Shown: positions 11,314 through 21,108, numbered from the stretch's first letter. The stretch is 64,000 nucleotides of DNA from Aquabacterium sp. (GCF_023266355.1 NZ_JAHFQM010000001.1), one strand, 5' to 3'. Made by a program: numbers and translations. Notes: a model not told the origin generated them from the letters alone.

Positions 11314-11855
11314 TCAGGGTTTGTCGGCGGGATTGTTTTGGCCGGCTTTGTCGCCTTGCTCGCTGCGCGCCAGGAGCTGTGGCACGAAGCGCTCCGAGAA
11401 GCCGGCCACGAAGGACCAGAACAGCAGCTTGGCCACGTCCTGGCCCGAGGTCGGGTAGGTCTGGCTCAGGAAGCGGATGACGTCGTCGCGCGTGGGCAGC
11501 GGTTCGGTGAAGGGCGGGATGGCGAAGTGCGGGAACAGCGGCCCTTTGACGATTTCGCTGAGCAGCCCCACGTACAGCACCAGCGAAAAGATGCCGCCGT
11601 AAATCGGCACCAGCAGGATCTGGAACCACGACCGCGACAGCAAGGCCAGCTCTTCGTCGCCCAGTTTCTTGAGCCGCTGCTGGATGCTGACAAAGCCGCC
11701 CAGCAGGCCGCAGCCGAAGCACACCCAGGAAATCATGAAGCGCTGGTGCCAGAACAGCGTCAGGCCAAACACCGCGACGACGCCCGCCAGGGCGGTGGCG
11801 GTCATCAGGATCAGCCGTTTCGTGACGGTGTGCAGCATGGCGGTGCGGGTGCTCA
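11314..11855 (-). CDS. Hypothetical membrane protein (about 4 TM helices)
   Basis: ATG at 11855 is preceded by AGGAGG. Hydrophobic helices LILMTATALAGVVAVFGLTLF, FGCGLLGGFVSI, ILLVPIYGGIFSLVLYVGLL. No family recognised. Confidence 0.55.
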
Positions 11856-11965
11856 TGGCGGTCCTCCTGTTCGTTTGGAAGACATCATGCAGCAAGCCCC
11901 GCGGCGCATGAAGGGCGCACGGTGCATCCCCCGTGAACGGGCTGCCGGTCCCTACAATCCAGCCC

Positions 11966-14428
11966 ATGCCCTTCTCTGATCCTTCCGCGCCATCTGTGTC
12001 ACCCTCGGCCACGCCATCGGTGCCGCCCGCTGCCTTCTCGTCGCCCCTGTTGGCCGGACTCAACCCGGAGCAGCTCGCCGCCGTCACCGCGCCCCCGGGG
12101 CCGGCGCTGATCCTGGCGGGCGCGGGCTCGGGCAAGACGCGCGTGCTGACCACCCGCATCGCCTGGCTGATGCAGACGGGGCAGGTCTCGCCGGCGGGCA
12201 TCATGGCCGTGACCTTCACCAACAAGGCCGCCAAGGAAATGCAGGCGCGCCTGTCGGCCATGCTGCCGGTGAACACCCGCGCCATGTGGATCGGCACCTT
12301 CCACGGCCTGTGCAACCGCTTCCTGCGCGCGCACGCCAAGATCGCCGGCCTGCCACAGGCCTTCCAGATCCTGGACACCTCGGACCAGCTCTCCGCCGTC
12401 AAGCGCGTCATCAAGGCGCTGAAGTTCGACGAAGAAAAGTGCATCCCGAAGGCCACCAGCTACTTCATCGCCAACGCCAAGGACGCCGGCCAGCGCCCCA
12501 AAGACCTCCAACCGCGCGATGAACTCGGCCGCATGCAGCTGGCCGTCTACCAGGCTTACGAAGACCAGTGCCAGCGCGAAGGCGTGGTCGATTTCGCCGA
12601 GCTGATGCTGCGCACCTACGAAATCATGCGCGACCACCCCGAGGTCCGCGAGCACTACCAGCGCCGCTTCAAGCACATCCTGGTCGATGAGTTCCAGGAC
12701 ACCAACCGCCTGCAGTACCTCTGGCTCAAGGCCTTCGCCGGCAGCCCGGGCATCACCGGCACCAGCGTGTTCGCCGTGGGCGACGACGACCAGAGCATTT
12801 ACGCTTTCCGCGGCGCGCAGGTCGGCAACATGGCCGATTTCGAGCGCGAGTTCCGCGTGCCCCACGTCATCAAGCTGGAGCAGAACTACCGCAGCCACGG
12901 CCACATCCTCGATGCCGCCAACACCCTGATCGCGCAGAACAGCAAGCGCCTGGGCAAGAACCTGCGCACCGACGCCGGCCTGGGCGAGCCCATCCGCGTG
13001 CACGAGGCCGCCAGCGATTTCGCCGAAGCGCAGTGGATGCTCGATGAGATCCGCCAGGTCAAGCGCGAGGGGCATCCGCTGCACGAAGTGGCCGTGCTTT
13101 ACCGCAGCAACGCGCAGTCGCGGGTGATCGAATCGGCGCTGTTCAACGCCGGCGTGCCCTACAAGGTCTATGGCGGCCTGCGCTTCTTCGAGCGCGCCGA
13201 AGTCAAGCACGCGCTGGCCTACCTGCGCCTGATCGAGAACCCCAGCGACGACACCAGTTTCCTGCGCGTGGTGAATTTCCCCGCCCGCGGCATTGGCGCG
13301 CGCAGCATCGAGCAATTGCAGGATGCCGCCCGCGCCAGTGGCCGCAGCCTGGCGCAGAGCGTGACCGCCGTGCCCGGCAAGGCCGGCGCCAACCTGCAGG
13401 CCTTCATGGCCCTGATCGACACTGCGCGCGAAGCCATCCGTGGGCTGACGCTGCGCGACATCATCGAGCACGTGGTCGAGGTCTCGGGCCTGGCAGAGCA
13501 CTACCGCGCCGAGAAAGACGGCCAGGAGCGCGTGGAGAACTTGGCCGAACTGGTCAACGCCGCCGAGGCCTTCGTCACCCAGGAAGGTTTTGGCAAGGAC
13601 GCCATCGCGCTGCCCGTCGATGAACCTGCAGGCACCATCGCCGCGGGCTTGCCAACGGCCGTGGCGGCCGTCGAGCTGCTGCCGGACGCCGAGACGGGCG
13701 AGATCATCTCGCCGCTGCTGGCCTTCCTGACGCACGCCTCGCTGGAGGCCGGCGACAACCAGGCCCAGGCCGGCCAGGACGCCGTCCAGCTCATGACCAT
13801 CCATGCGGCCAAGGGCCTGGAGTTCCACCACGTCTTCCTCACCGGCCTGGAAGAGGGGCTGTTCCCGCACGAGAACTCGCTGAGCGACACCGACGGCCTC
13901 GAAGAAGAGCGCCGCCTGATGTACGTGGCCATCACGCGGGCCCGCGAGCGCCTCTACATCAGCTACAGCCAGACGCGCATGCTGCACGGCCAGACCCGCT
14001 ACAACGTCAAGAGCCGCTTCCTCGACGAGCTGCCCGAAGAGGCGCTCAAGTGGCTGACGCCGCGCAACCAGGGCTTCGGCTCGGGCTTCGAGAAGCCCTA
14101 CCGCGACGCCTGGGCCAGTGGCAAGGGCATGGGCTCGATGGTGGGCGCGGGCGCCCAGCCCTTCCGCCAGGCGCCCGCCTGGGGCGGTGGCAAGCGTGGC
14201 GAAGACAACTTCAAGGACCTCACCGCGCCCATCCCCAAAGCCATGGCCGAATCCAAGACGGCCGGCGGCTTCCGCGTGGGCCAGAGCGTCTTCCACAACA
14301 AGTTCGGCGAGGGCGTTGTGCTGACGCTGGAAGGCAACGGCTCCGAGGCCCGCGTGCAGGTCAACTTCGGCCGCCACGGCACCAAGTGGCTGATGCTGAG
14401 CGTGGCCAAGCTGACGCCCATCGAGTGA
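11966..14428 (+). CDS. uvrD: ATP-dependent DNA helicase II (UvrD)
   Basis: Walker A AGAGSGKTRVLT, VDEFQDTN, C-terminal FHNKFGEGVV...WLMLSVAKL. ATG at 11966 follows a TACAAT-like -10 element. Confidence 0.9.
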   Translation: MPFSDPSAPSVSPSATPSVPPAAFSSPLLAGLNPEQLAAVTAPPGPALILAGAGSGKTRVLTTRIAWLMQTGQVSPAGIMAVTFTNKAAKEMQARLSAMLPVNTRAMWIGTFHGLCNRFLRAHAKIAGLPQAFQILDTSDQLSAVKRVIKALKFDEEKCIPKATSYFIANAKDAGQRPKDLQPRDELGRMQLAVYQAYEDQCQREGVVDFAELMLRTYEIMRDHPEVREHYQRRFKHILVDEFQDTNRLQYLWLKAFAGSPGITGTSVFAVGDDDQSIYAFRGAQVGNMADFEREFRVPHVIKLEQNYRSHGHILDAANTLIAQNSKRLGKNLRTDAGLGEPIRVHEAASDFAEAQWMLDEIRQVKREGHPLHEVAVLYRSNAQSRVIESALFNAGVPYKVYGGLRFFERAEVKHALAYLRLIENPSDDTSFLRVVNFPARGIGARSIEQLQDAARASGRSLAQSVTAVPGKAGANLQAFMALIDTAREAIRGLTLRDIIEHVVEVSGLAEHYRAEKDGQERVENLAELVNAAEAFVTQEGFGKDAIALPVDEPAGTIAAGLPTAVAAVELLPDAETGEIISPLLAFLTHASLEAGDNQAQAGQDAVQLMTIHAAKGLEFHHVFLTGLEEGLFPHENSLSDTDGLEEERRLMYVAITRARERLYISYSQTRMLHGQTRYNVKSRFLDELPEEALKWLTPRNQGFGSGFEKPYRDAWASGKGMGSMVGAGAQPFRQAPAWGGGKRGEDNFKDLTAPIPKAMAESKTAGGFRVGQSVFHNKFGEGVVLTLEGNGSEARVQVNFGRHGTKWLMLSVAKLTPIE

Positions 14429-14593
14429 ACGGCCTGTGGGCGGCCTGTTGGCTGAGGCATGGGCGATTGAGCCCATGCAAGGCCGCCATAGGCGCAATTG
14501 CGACAAGGCCCCGGCCATCGCCGCTCCCCCGCGCTAAAGTCTTCACCACGGCATCCAGCCCCACCATTGCCACCTCGTCAGGAGATCCGCACC

Positions 14594-15175
14594 ATGGCCA
14601 AGAACGACAAGAAAACCGCTGACAAAGCTGCAGACAAACCCGCTGACAAGGCAGCTGCCAAGCCCGCCAGCAAATCGGCCGCCAAGCCCGCGACCAAGGG
14701 CACGGCCATCGACATCGGCATCGCCGCCAGCGACCGCGCGGCCATCGCCAAGGGCCTCAACGGCTTGCTGGCCGACACCTTCACGCTCTACCTGACCACG
14801 CACAACTTCCACTGGAACGTGACCGGGCCGATGTTCAACACCCTGCACACCATGTTCATGGCGCAGTACACCGAACTGTGGAACGCGGTGGACCCGATCG
14901 CCGAGCGGGTGCGCGCCCTGGGCTACCCCGCCATCGGCTCCTTCGCCGACTTCGCCAAGGCCAGCACGCTGCCGGACGCGCCCGCCCAGCCGCCCAAGGC
15001 CAAGGAGATGATCCGCATCCTGGTGACCGGGCACGAGGCCGTGGCCCGCACCGCGCGTGCCCTGTTCCCCTTGGTCGATGAAGCCTCTGACGAGCCTTCG
15101 GCCGACCTGCTCACCCAGCGCCTGGACGTGCACGAAAAGGCCGCCTGGATGCTGCGCTCGCTGCTGGAAGAGTGA
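14594..15175 (+). CDS. dps: Dps (DNA protection during starvation) with a Lys/Ala/Pro-rich N-terminal tail
   Basis: AGGAGA RBS then ATG at 14594. Ferroxidase region THNFHWNVTGPMFNTLHTMF. Tail MAKNDKKTADKAADKPADKAAAKPASKSAAKPATKG. Confidence 0.9.
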   Translation: MAKNDKKTADKAADKPADKAAAKPASKSAAKPATKGTAIDIGIAASDRAAIAKGLNGLLADTFTLYLTTHNFHWNVTGPMFNTLHTMFMAQYTELWNAVDPIAERVRALGYPAIGSFADFAKASTLPDAPAQPPKAKEMIRILVTGHEAVARTARALFPLVDEASDEPSADLLTQRLDVHEKAAWMLRSLLEE

Positions 15176-15220
15176 CCCAAGCCGGTTTGCTGCTGTGGCG
15201 GTTCACCAAGCCTTTGCCCC

Positions 15221-16231
15221 GTGAGCCTGCCTGAGGCTGTCAGCCACCGGGTGTCGGTGGTCATCCCGGCTTACCGTGCTGCGGCTTTCGTGGGCAGGGC
15301 GGTGGACAGCGTTCTGGCCCAGCGGCCCCCGCCTGCCGAAGTGATCGTCGTGGACGACGCCTCGCCCGATGACATCCATGCGGCGCTGGCCCACCACGTT
15401 CGTGCGGGGCGTGTGCGACTGCTCCGGCTGTCGCACAACCAGGGCGTGGCTGTGGCGCGCAATGCGGGCATCCGCGCGGCGGGTGGCGACGTGATCGCTT
15501 TCCTGGACGCCGATGACGTCTGGCTGCCCGGGCACCTGTCGCAGGCCCTGGCGGTGCTGGGTGCCCACCTCGACGTGGACGTGGTGCTGCAAGACTTCGA
15601 CATCGTTGACCTGCACACGCAACAGCACCATGGCAGCTGGTTCGCCTTGCGCCACGAGGCCCTGGACCGCTTGCGCACGACCGCGCTGGACCCGCTCACC
15701 CGCCGCGTGGAGGGTGGCTTTGTCGGCGCCCTGATGAGCGGCTGCTTCGTGCACATGCAGGCCACGGTGGTGCGCCGTGCGGTGTTCGATCGTGCGATGT
15801 TCGATGAGCGTCTGCGCTGCAGCGAGGATGTGGACTGGGCCTTGCGCTCGGTGCACCTTGCAGGCGCCACTTGGGCTGTGCGTGCGCAAGCCAGCGGCGT
15901 GTACCATCGCCACGCGCAAAGCCTGACGGCCGATGTGACCCAGAACCACGAACGCATCGAACGGACGGGCCTCATGCTGTTTGCCGAGTACCTGAATTGG
16001 CCCCGCCTCGGCGCCAGCGACCGGGCGCAGATTCGCCAGGCGCTGGTCCGCGCTTGCCAAGACCTCAGCTACTTCGCACGCAGCCAGCAACGTGTTGCCG
16101 ATGCCTGGGGCTTCTGGGCCATCGGCCTGCGCCATGGCTTCGGCCTGCGGCAAGCCCGTGAGGGCGCGAAGCTGCTGCTGGCCACCCCTTGGATGCTGCT
16201 TCAGCGCCTCAACCGCCGCCGCCAGCGCTGA
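15221..16231 (+). CDS. Family 2 glycosyltransferase
   Basis: VSVVIPAYRAAAF, VVDDASPD, FLDADD (DxD). GTG start. Confidence 0.8.
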   Translation: MSLPEAVSHRVSVVIPAYRAAAFVGRAVDSVLAQRPPPAEVIVVDDASPDDIHAALAHHVRAGRVRLLRLSHNQGVAVARNAGIRAAGGDVIAFLDADDVWLPGHLSQALAVLGAHLDVDVVLQDFDIVDLHTQQHHGSWFALRHEALDRLRTTALDPLTRRVEGGFVGALMSGCFVHMQATVVRRAVFDRAMFDERLRCSEDVDWALRSVHLAGATWAVRAQASGVYHRHAQSLTADVTQNHERIERTGLMLFAEYLNWPRLGASDRAQIRQALVRACQDLSYFARSQQRVADAWGFWAIGLRHGFGLRQAREGAKLLLATPWMLLQRLNRRRQR

Positions 16232-17064
16232 ACCTGCTGGTCGATGTCACGCGCCAGCCTGAACAGGCGGTGGCCGTGAGCGTCCAAGTGCACCACAGGC
16301 TCCTGCAGCCGCGAGTAGTGCCCCGGGTCTTGCGCGATGTGATCGCCTTGTCCGGGGTGGCAGCTGTAGCACAGGCCGCCCTCGCGCTCAACGTCCACGA
16401 AGCGGTGCGGGTGGCGCTGAAGGATGGCATGGATGGCCAGGCTGAAGGCGATCGGGCCGGTCACTTCCAGCACGCCCATCCGGCCGTACTTCGCTGGCAT
16501 CGGGCGGTGGCCCACGATGTTGCGCAGCACCCGTTCGCACACCGCACGGAGGTAAGGGTGTCCGGCCGAGGCCGCCACGAACCATTGCTGGTACTCGCCA
16601 CCCGGGATGTGGCGGATGGGGCGGTGCAGGCCCCAGTCCGAGTAGCGGCCGGTCGGCCCGTTGTCCCACTGGGACAAGATGAAGCGGTCCTCGGGCAGGA
16701 GCCATTGCGCCAGCGGCATCGTGGTGCCGCTTTTGATGTCGAGGTAAACGCCGCCGAGCCGGTAGATGCACAGGTAGCGGAACAGGTCGGCACGGGCCGC
16801 ACCGTAGCGCGGGTTGAGCCGCCGGTAAATCGCCAGCACGGCGGGCCCGTAGTGGGCCAGGAGGAAGGCCTCGATGTCCTGATCGTCGTAAAGGGTGACC
16901 AACCAGTCCGGGTTGTGCTGCCGGATGCGCGCGAGGTTGTCGGCCAAGGCCCCATCGAGGTGCTTGCTGCGTGCGGTCATGTGCACGCGCTTCGGGATGG
17001 CGGCGTCAGGGGGGCGCAGCGCGTCGAGCTCGCGCAGCGCGTCCAGGAGCAATGGGTGCGTCAT
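16201..17064 (-). CDS. GT32-like glycosyltransferase (DXD sugar-binding region, OCH1/capsule type)
   Basis: LYDDQD and ARADLFRYLCIYRLGGVYLDIK motif. ATGA overlap with the upstream flippase stop. Confidence 0.75.
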   Translation of the reverse strand: MTHPLLLDALRELDALRPPDAAIPKRVHMTARSKHLDGALADNLARIRQHNPDWLVTLYDDQDIEAFLLAHYGPAVLAIYRRLNPRYGAARADLFRYLCIYRLGGVYLDIKSGTTMPLAQWLLPEDRFILSQWDNGPTGRYSDWGLHRPIRHIPGGEYQQWFVAASAGHPYLRAVCERVLRNIVGHRPMPAKYGRMGVLEVTGPIAFSLAIHAILQRHPHRFVDVEREGGLCYSCHPGQGDHIAQDPGHYSRLQEPVVHLDAHGHRLFRLARDIDQQVQRWRRRLRR

Positions 17065-18590
17065 GTCCGGTGTTTGCGCAAGGTCAGTAGGGAGAGCAGG
17101 CGACCCAGGTGCTTGCTGTTGTGGCGCACCAGGGCGAGGTCGCTGTCAGGCCATGCCCCGAGGTGGAGTGACAGCACCAAGTACAGCAGGCCGAACACGC
17201 CGCAGCCCAGCAGCCTCTGCACGGTGCCAGCGTCCGTGGGCAAAGCCCACAGCACCGCAGCGAAAGCCAGGCCTGCGCACAGCCAGTGCCTCAGCACATG
17301 CACCAGGGGAAAGCGGATCTTCAGCACGGTGTGGGCGAGCACGGCCACGAGGAGGTAGGTGACCACGTTGCCGGCAAACACCGAGATCAGTGCGCCCTCC
17401 CATCCCAGCCAGGGGATGAAGGTCAGCGATGTGATGACGGAAATGGCCGACGACAGTGTGATGAAGAGCAGCCGGGCGCGGTGGTGATCGCTGGCGATGA
17501 ACACCGCCGAGTAAGCAGCGTTGGGCAGCAAGATGCCGCCGACCAGGGCCATGACCCTCAGTGCGGGCGCCGCTTCCAGGTAGGGCGTGCCGTACAGCAA
17601 CGTCACCAGGGGCTCTGCCAGCAACCAGGCGCCCGCAGCCACCAGGATGCCCATGCATTGGTACAGGCGCACGGCCCCCTCGAAGATCGCCTGCACCTGG
17701 TCGCGTCCGCCTTCGGCACCCGCGCGGGCGATGCTGGGCAGCAGCACCGAGGAAAAGCCGCTGGACAGCACGTCCAGCCCGGCGCGTGCGAGCGATGACG
17801 CGATGTTGTAGTAGCCCACGAAAGCCGGCAGCGCGTGCAGGCCGAGCAGGTAGGTGTCCAGGGATTTGGTGGACAGCAGCCCCACCAGTGTGAAACTCGT
17901 GTGCCAGCCCAGCGCGTGCCACACCCGTGTGCGGCTCTCCTGGGTCAGCGGGGTGTCGTCGGGCAGCAGGCCCTGCTGTTTCAGCATGTGGCGTGCCAGC
18001 AGCGGGTGGGCCAGCGATGCGCCGGCGAACAACAGCAGGTAGGCGTCCAGCGACTGGCCACTCAGGCAGAGCAGGGCGTTCAGCGGCAGGGTGACCAGGC
18101 CGATGAGGGCCGGTGGCAGGGCCTCGGCCTGGAACAGCGCATGCCCTTTGCCGACCGAGGCCTCGAACATGTAGGTGGCCTTGAGTGCAGCGCATGCCAC
18201 CGTGAAGCCCAGGTACAGCGCCAGCCGGTCGGTGAGCGCTGCGGGGTGCACGCCGGGAAGCCACCAGGTCGCGCCCAGCACGGTGGCCATGGCCAGCAGG
18301 CCCAGCCAGAGCAGCCTGCGCAAGAAGCCAGACAGCGCGCGCGCCTGCGCCTCGTCCTTGGCCCCCACAGCTTCGGCCACGAAACGGATGGTGGTGACGT
18401 TGAGCGCACCTGTGCTCAGGCTGACGGCCATGCCCACCATCCAGATCAGGTAGGCGTACAGGCCATAGTCCTGCGGCCCCAGGCCACGGGTGACGAAGAC
18501 GCTGTTGGCAAAGCCAGCCAGGAAGCTGATCTGGCTGGATGCGGTCATCCAGGCCAGAGCGCCCAGGGCTGACTGGGACGCTGCCTTCAC
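17061..18590 (-). CDS. Wzx/MOP-type polysaccharide (oligosaccharide) flippase
   Basis: About 500 aa, highly hydrophobic polytopic protein with a typical PST-family N-terminus (FLAGFANSVFVTRGLGPQDYGLYAY). GTG at 18590 or ATG at 18548. Confidence 0.8.
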   Translation of the reverse strand: MKAASQSALGALAWMTASSQISFLAGFANSVFVTRGLGPQDYGLYAYLIWMVGMAVSLSTGALNVTTIRFVAEAVGAKDEAQARALSGFLRRLLWLGLLAMATVLGATWWLPGVHPAALTDRLALYLGFTVACAALKATYMFEASVGKGHALFQAEALPPALIGLVTLPLNALLCLSGQSLDAYLLLFAGASLAHPLLARHMLKQQGLLPDDTPLTQESRTRVWHALGWHTSFTLVGLLSTKSLDTYLLGLHALPAFVGYYNIASSLARAGLDVLSSGFSSVLLPSIARAGAEGGRDQVQAIFEGAVRLYQCMGILVAAGAWLLAEPLVTLLYGTPYLEAAPALRVMALVGGILLPNAAYSAVFIASDHHRARLLFITLSSAISVITSLTFIPWLGWEGALISVFAGNVVTYLLVAVLAHTVLKIRFPLVHVLRHWLCAGLAFAAVLWALPTDAGTVQRLLGCGVFGLLYLVLSLHLGAWPDSDLALVRHNSKHLGRLLSLLTLRKHRT

Positions 18591-18594
18591 AACG

Positions 18595-19224
18595 TCACAC
18601 CAGCCCGTTGCGGATGGCGTAGACCGTGAGCTCGGAGTTGTTGGTCAGGCTCAGTTTTTCCAGCACCCGGGCGCGGTAAACGCTCACGGTCTTGGGGCTG
18701 AGCAGCAACTGCTCGGCGATGTCCGAGAGGCGCTTGCCCGAGGCGATCATCACCAGGGTCTGCAACTCGCGGTCCGAGAGCTTCTGGTGCGCGTCTTCCT
18801 GGGCGGGGGTGGTCAGGTTGTCCACCAGCATCTGCGCCATTTCAGGCGTCACGTACTTGCGGCCCTGCGAGACGGTGCGCACCGCCGCGACGATCTGGGC
18901 GGCATCGCTGCCTTTGTTCAGGTAGCCCGATGCGCCGGCTTTGAGCGCCCGCATGGCGTACTGGTCTTCGGGGTACATCGAGACCACCAGCACCTTCACC
19001 GGGTTGCCTTCTTCCTTGAGCACGTGCAGCACGTCCAGGCCGCTGCGCCCGGGCAGGTTGATGTCCAGCACCAGCACGTCGCAGGACTGGTCGCGGAACA
19101 GGGCGCGCAGCTCGCCATAGTCTGCGGCTTCGCCCACCACGTCGATGTCGGCCGCATCGGCCAGCGTGTCGCGGATGCCCCGGCGGATGAGGGCATGGTC
19201 GTCGCAGAGGATGACTTTGATCAT
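18595..19224 (-). CDS. NarL/FixJ-family response regulator (REC + LuxR HTH)
   Basis: VILCDDH, VLVLDINLPGRSG, HTH LSDRELQTLVMIASGKRLSDIAEQLLLSPKTVSVYRARVLEKL. Confidence 0.9.
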   Translation of the reverse strand: MIKVILCDDHALIRRGIRDTLADAADIDVVGEAADYGELRALFRDQSCDVLVLDINLPGRSGLDVLHVLKEEGNPVKVLVVSMYPEDQYAMRALKAGASGYLNKGSDAAQIVAAVRTVSQGRKYVTPEMAQMLVDNLTTPAQEDAHQKLSDRELQTLVMIASGKRLSDIAEQLLLSPKTVSVYRARVLEKLSLTNNSELTVYAIRNGLV

Positions 19225-20447
19225 AGTTTGCCCCAGGCGGTCGGGTCGTCAGGGTCGTCGTGGTCGATGCTGGCGACGTCACCGTCCAGCCCGGGCAGCA
19301 GGCGGTCGATGAAGCCGTTCTCGGGGCCGGACAGAGGAACCGACAGGATCAGCGTGGTGCCGCCGGGCTTGCTGCTGATGTCCACCCAGCCACCCACCGT
19401 CTCCGCGCGCTCGTGCAAGCCACGGATGCCGAAGGACCGGGCCTTGGCCAAGTCTTCCCCGCTCAGGCCTTTGCCATTGTCTGTCACTTCGATGGACAGA
19501 ACGCCGCCCGCCTGAGACACATCGACGCTCACCTTGGTCGCCTGTGCGTGTTTGGAGACATTCGTCAGCGCTTCCTGGGCGAATCGGTAGGCCACCAGGG
19601 GCACGCCGGGCGCCAGCTGCATCGATTCGTGGCTGGTGCGGAAGGTGGCGTCCAGGCCGGTGCGTTTGCCGAAGCGGTCGGTCATCCATTGCAGCGCGGC
19701 CACCAGGCCTTGCTCCAGGATGGCCGGGCGCAGGTTGTGCATGACGCGCTGGCTGGCCTCGTGGGCGTGGTTGACCGACTCCAAGGCCTGCGCCACGCGC
19801 TCGGCGATTTCGGGCGAGGGCGCATGCCGCGCCATCCAGGCCAGGTCGAATTTCACGGCCGTGAGCGCGCCACCGACGTCGTCGTGGATCTCGCGGGCAA
19901 TCGCCGCGCGCTCTTGCTCGATGCTGGTCTGCAAGTGCTGGGCGAGCTCACGCAGCTGCTGGCGCGAGCGGGTCAGGGCGTGGTCGGCGCGCTGCTTGGC
20001 GATGCGGGTGCGGTTGGCCTCGATGGCCAGCAGGGCGGCCGGGGCCAGGCGGGTCAGGTTGCTTTTGAGCAGGTAGTCGTTGGCGCCATTGCGCATGGCC
20101 TGCACGGCGATGTCTTCGCCGATTTCGCCGGACACCAGGATGAAGGGCACGAGCTTGCCCAGCGAGCGCACCTTGTCGAGCGCGGCCAGGCCCGAGTAGC
20201 CCGGCAGGTTGTAGTCGGAGAGGATGAGGTCCCAGTCTTCGGCCAGGGCCTCGATGAGGGTGGGCTCGGTCTCCACGCGGTGGATGTCGGCCTCGATGCC
20301 GCCGCGCATCAGGTGGGCCGCGACCAGGGCATGGTCGCCCTCGTTGTCTTCCAGGTGCAGCACCCGCAGGCGCACGGGTTGCTGGCCCGGTTGCAGCCCA
20401 TTGGGGCTCACCAGGGGCGGTGGGGATGAGAACTCCGGCACAGGCAA
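19221..20447 (-). CDS. Cytoplasmic hybrid sensor kinase: N-terminal receiver + HisKA_3 + HATPase_c, with no TM or other input domain
   Basis: REC: LRVLHLEDNEGD ... LILSDYNLPGYSG ... DYLLKS. H-box REIHDDVGGALT. ATPase EVTDNGKGL, GIRGLHERAETVGG. TTG start at 20447 (GTG alternatives just downstream). 4-nt overlap with the regulator gene. Confidence 0.85.
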   Translation of the reverse strand: MPVPEFSSPPPLVSPNGLQPGQQPVRLRVLHLEDNEGDHALVAAHLMRGGIEADIHRVETEPTLIEALAEDWDLILSDYNLPGYSGLAALDKVRSLGKLVPFILVSGEIGEDIAVQAMRNGANDYLLKSNLTRLAPAALLAIEANRTRIAKQRADHALTRSRQQLRELAQHLQTSIEQERAAIAREIHDDVGGALTAVKFDLAWMARHAPSPEIAERVAQALESVNHAHEASQRVMHNLRPAILEQGLVAALQWMTDRFGKRTGLDATFRTSHESMQLAPGVPLVAYRFAQEALTNVSKHAQATKVSVDVSQAGGVLSIEVTDNGKGLSGEDLAKARSFGIRGLHERAETVGGWVDISSKPGGTTLILSVPLSGPENGFIDRLLPGLDGDVASIDHDDPDDPTAWGKL

Positions 20448-20563
20448 GCTTCGATCCTTCGATTTACGGCAAGTTTTGCCACGTCATTGTGGACACGTCC
20501 CGGCGGGGAATGTGAAAAATTCTACCAACCGGCCAAAGCGCGTGATCCGATCATGCAAAGCCC

Positions 20564-20590
20564 TCAGGATCGCTTGAAACCTGCCGACAA
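20564..20590 (+). promoter_or_regulatory. Possible sigma-28 (FliA)-type promoter upstream of the CheZ-like gene
   Basis: TCAGG-N14-GCCGACAA versus the recalled FliA consensus TCAAG/TAAAG-N13-14-GCCGATAA. The -35 match is weak. Confidence 0.25.
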
Positions 20591-20650
20591 CCCGATGTAC
20601 CCGGTCGCTCTGGCGGCCCCCGACATTAACCCTGGTTGAGTGGAGCCACG

Positions 20651-21100
20651 ATGAGCCACGACGACACCGTCGCGTCCCAGCCCCCCGAGATGTCTTTGCT
20701 GCTGGCCGCCGGCCTTCAGGACCACCTGATGACGGCCAGCAACGACCTCGAGCGCTTGCAGCGCCTGCTGGACGACGCCTGCCTGGCCCTCATGGAAGGT
20801 TTCCACGATTCTGCCGGTCAGCTCGGCACCGTGATCGACCAGGGCCACGAAATCACGCCTCACCTGCACGAGGTGCGTCAAACGCTGTTCAAGGCGGTCA
20901 CGGCCCTGCAGTTCCAGGACATGGCCACGCAGTTGATCGCCCACACCAACAAACGCCTGCGCAACTGCGCCGACCAGATCGCCCGGGACGCCCTCGGTGA
21001 CGACGATCCGGACGGCGCCGCCGTGGTCGAGGAGGGGCCGCTCAAGCCCAACCCCGTCACGCAAGACGAGATGGACGCCGGTTCGGTGGAATTGTTCTGA
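20651..21100 (+). CDS. Short CheZ-like protein (putative CheY-P phosphatase)
   Basis: LQFQDMATQLIAHT matches the CheZ active-site signature FQDLTGQ (Asp-x3-Gln). The C-terminal TQDEMDAGSVELF resembles the CheZ CheY-binding peptide SQDQVDDLLDSLGF. Lies immediately upstream of cheY. Alternative GTG start at 20636. Confidence 0.5.
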   Translation: MSHDDTVASQPPEMSLLLAAGLQDHLMTASNDLERLQRLLDDACLALMEGFHDSAGQLGTVIDQGHEITPHLHEVRQTLFKAVTALQFQDMATQLIAHTNKRLRNCADQIARDALGDDDPDGAAVVEEGPLKPNPVTQDEMDAGSVELF

Positions 21101-21108
21101 ACCGTGGC

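Noticed and set aside
11314-14428. UvrD-family helicase next to a small orphan membrane protein, considered as a possible Gabija- or Hachiman-like defence pair.
   Set aside because: The helicase has the full housekeeping UvrD architecture, including the conserved C-terminal tail. The genes are divergent rather than co-transcribed. No nuclease or ATPase partner, mobile-element context or compositional anomaly is present.
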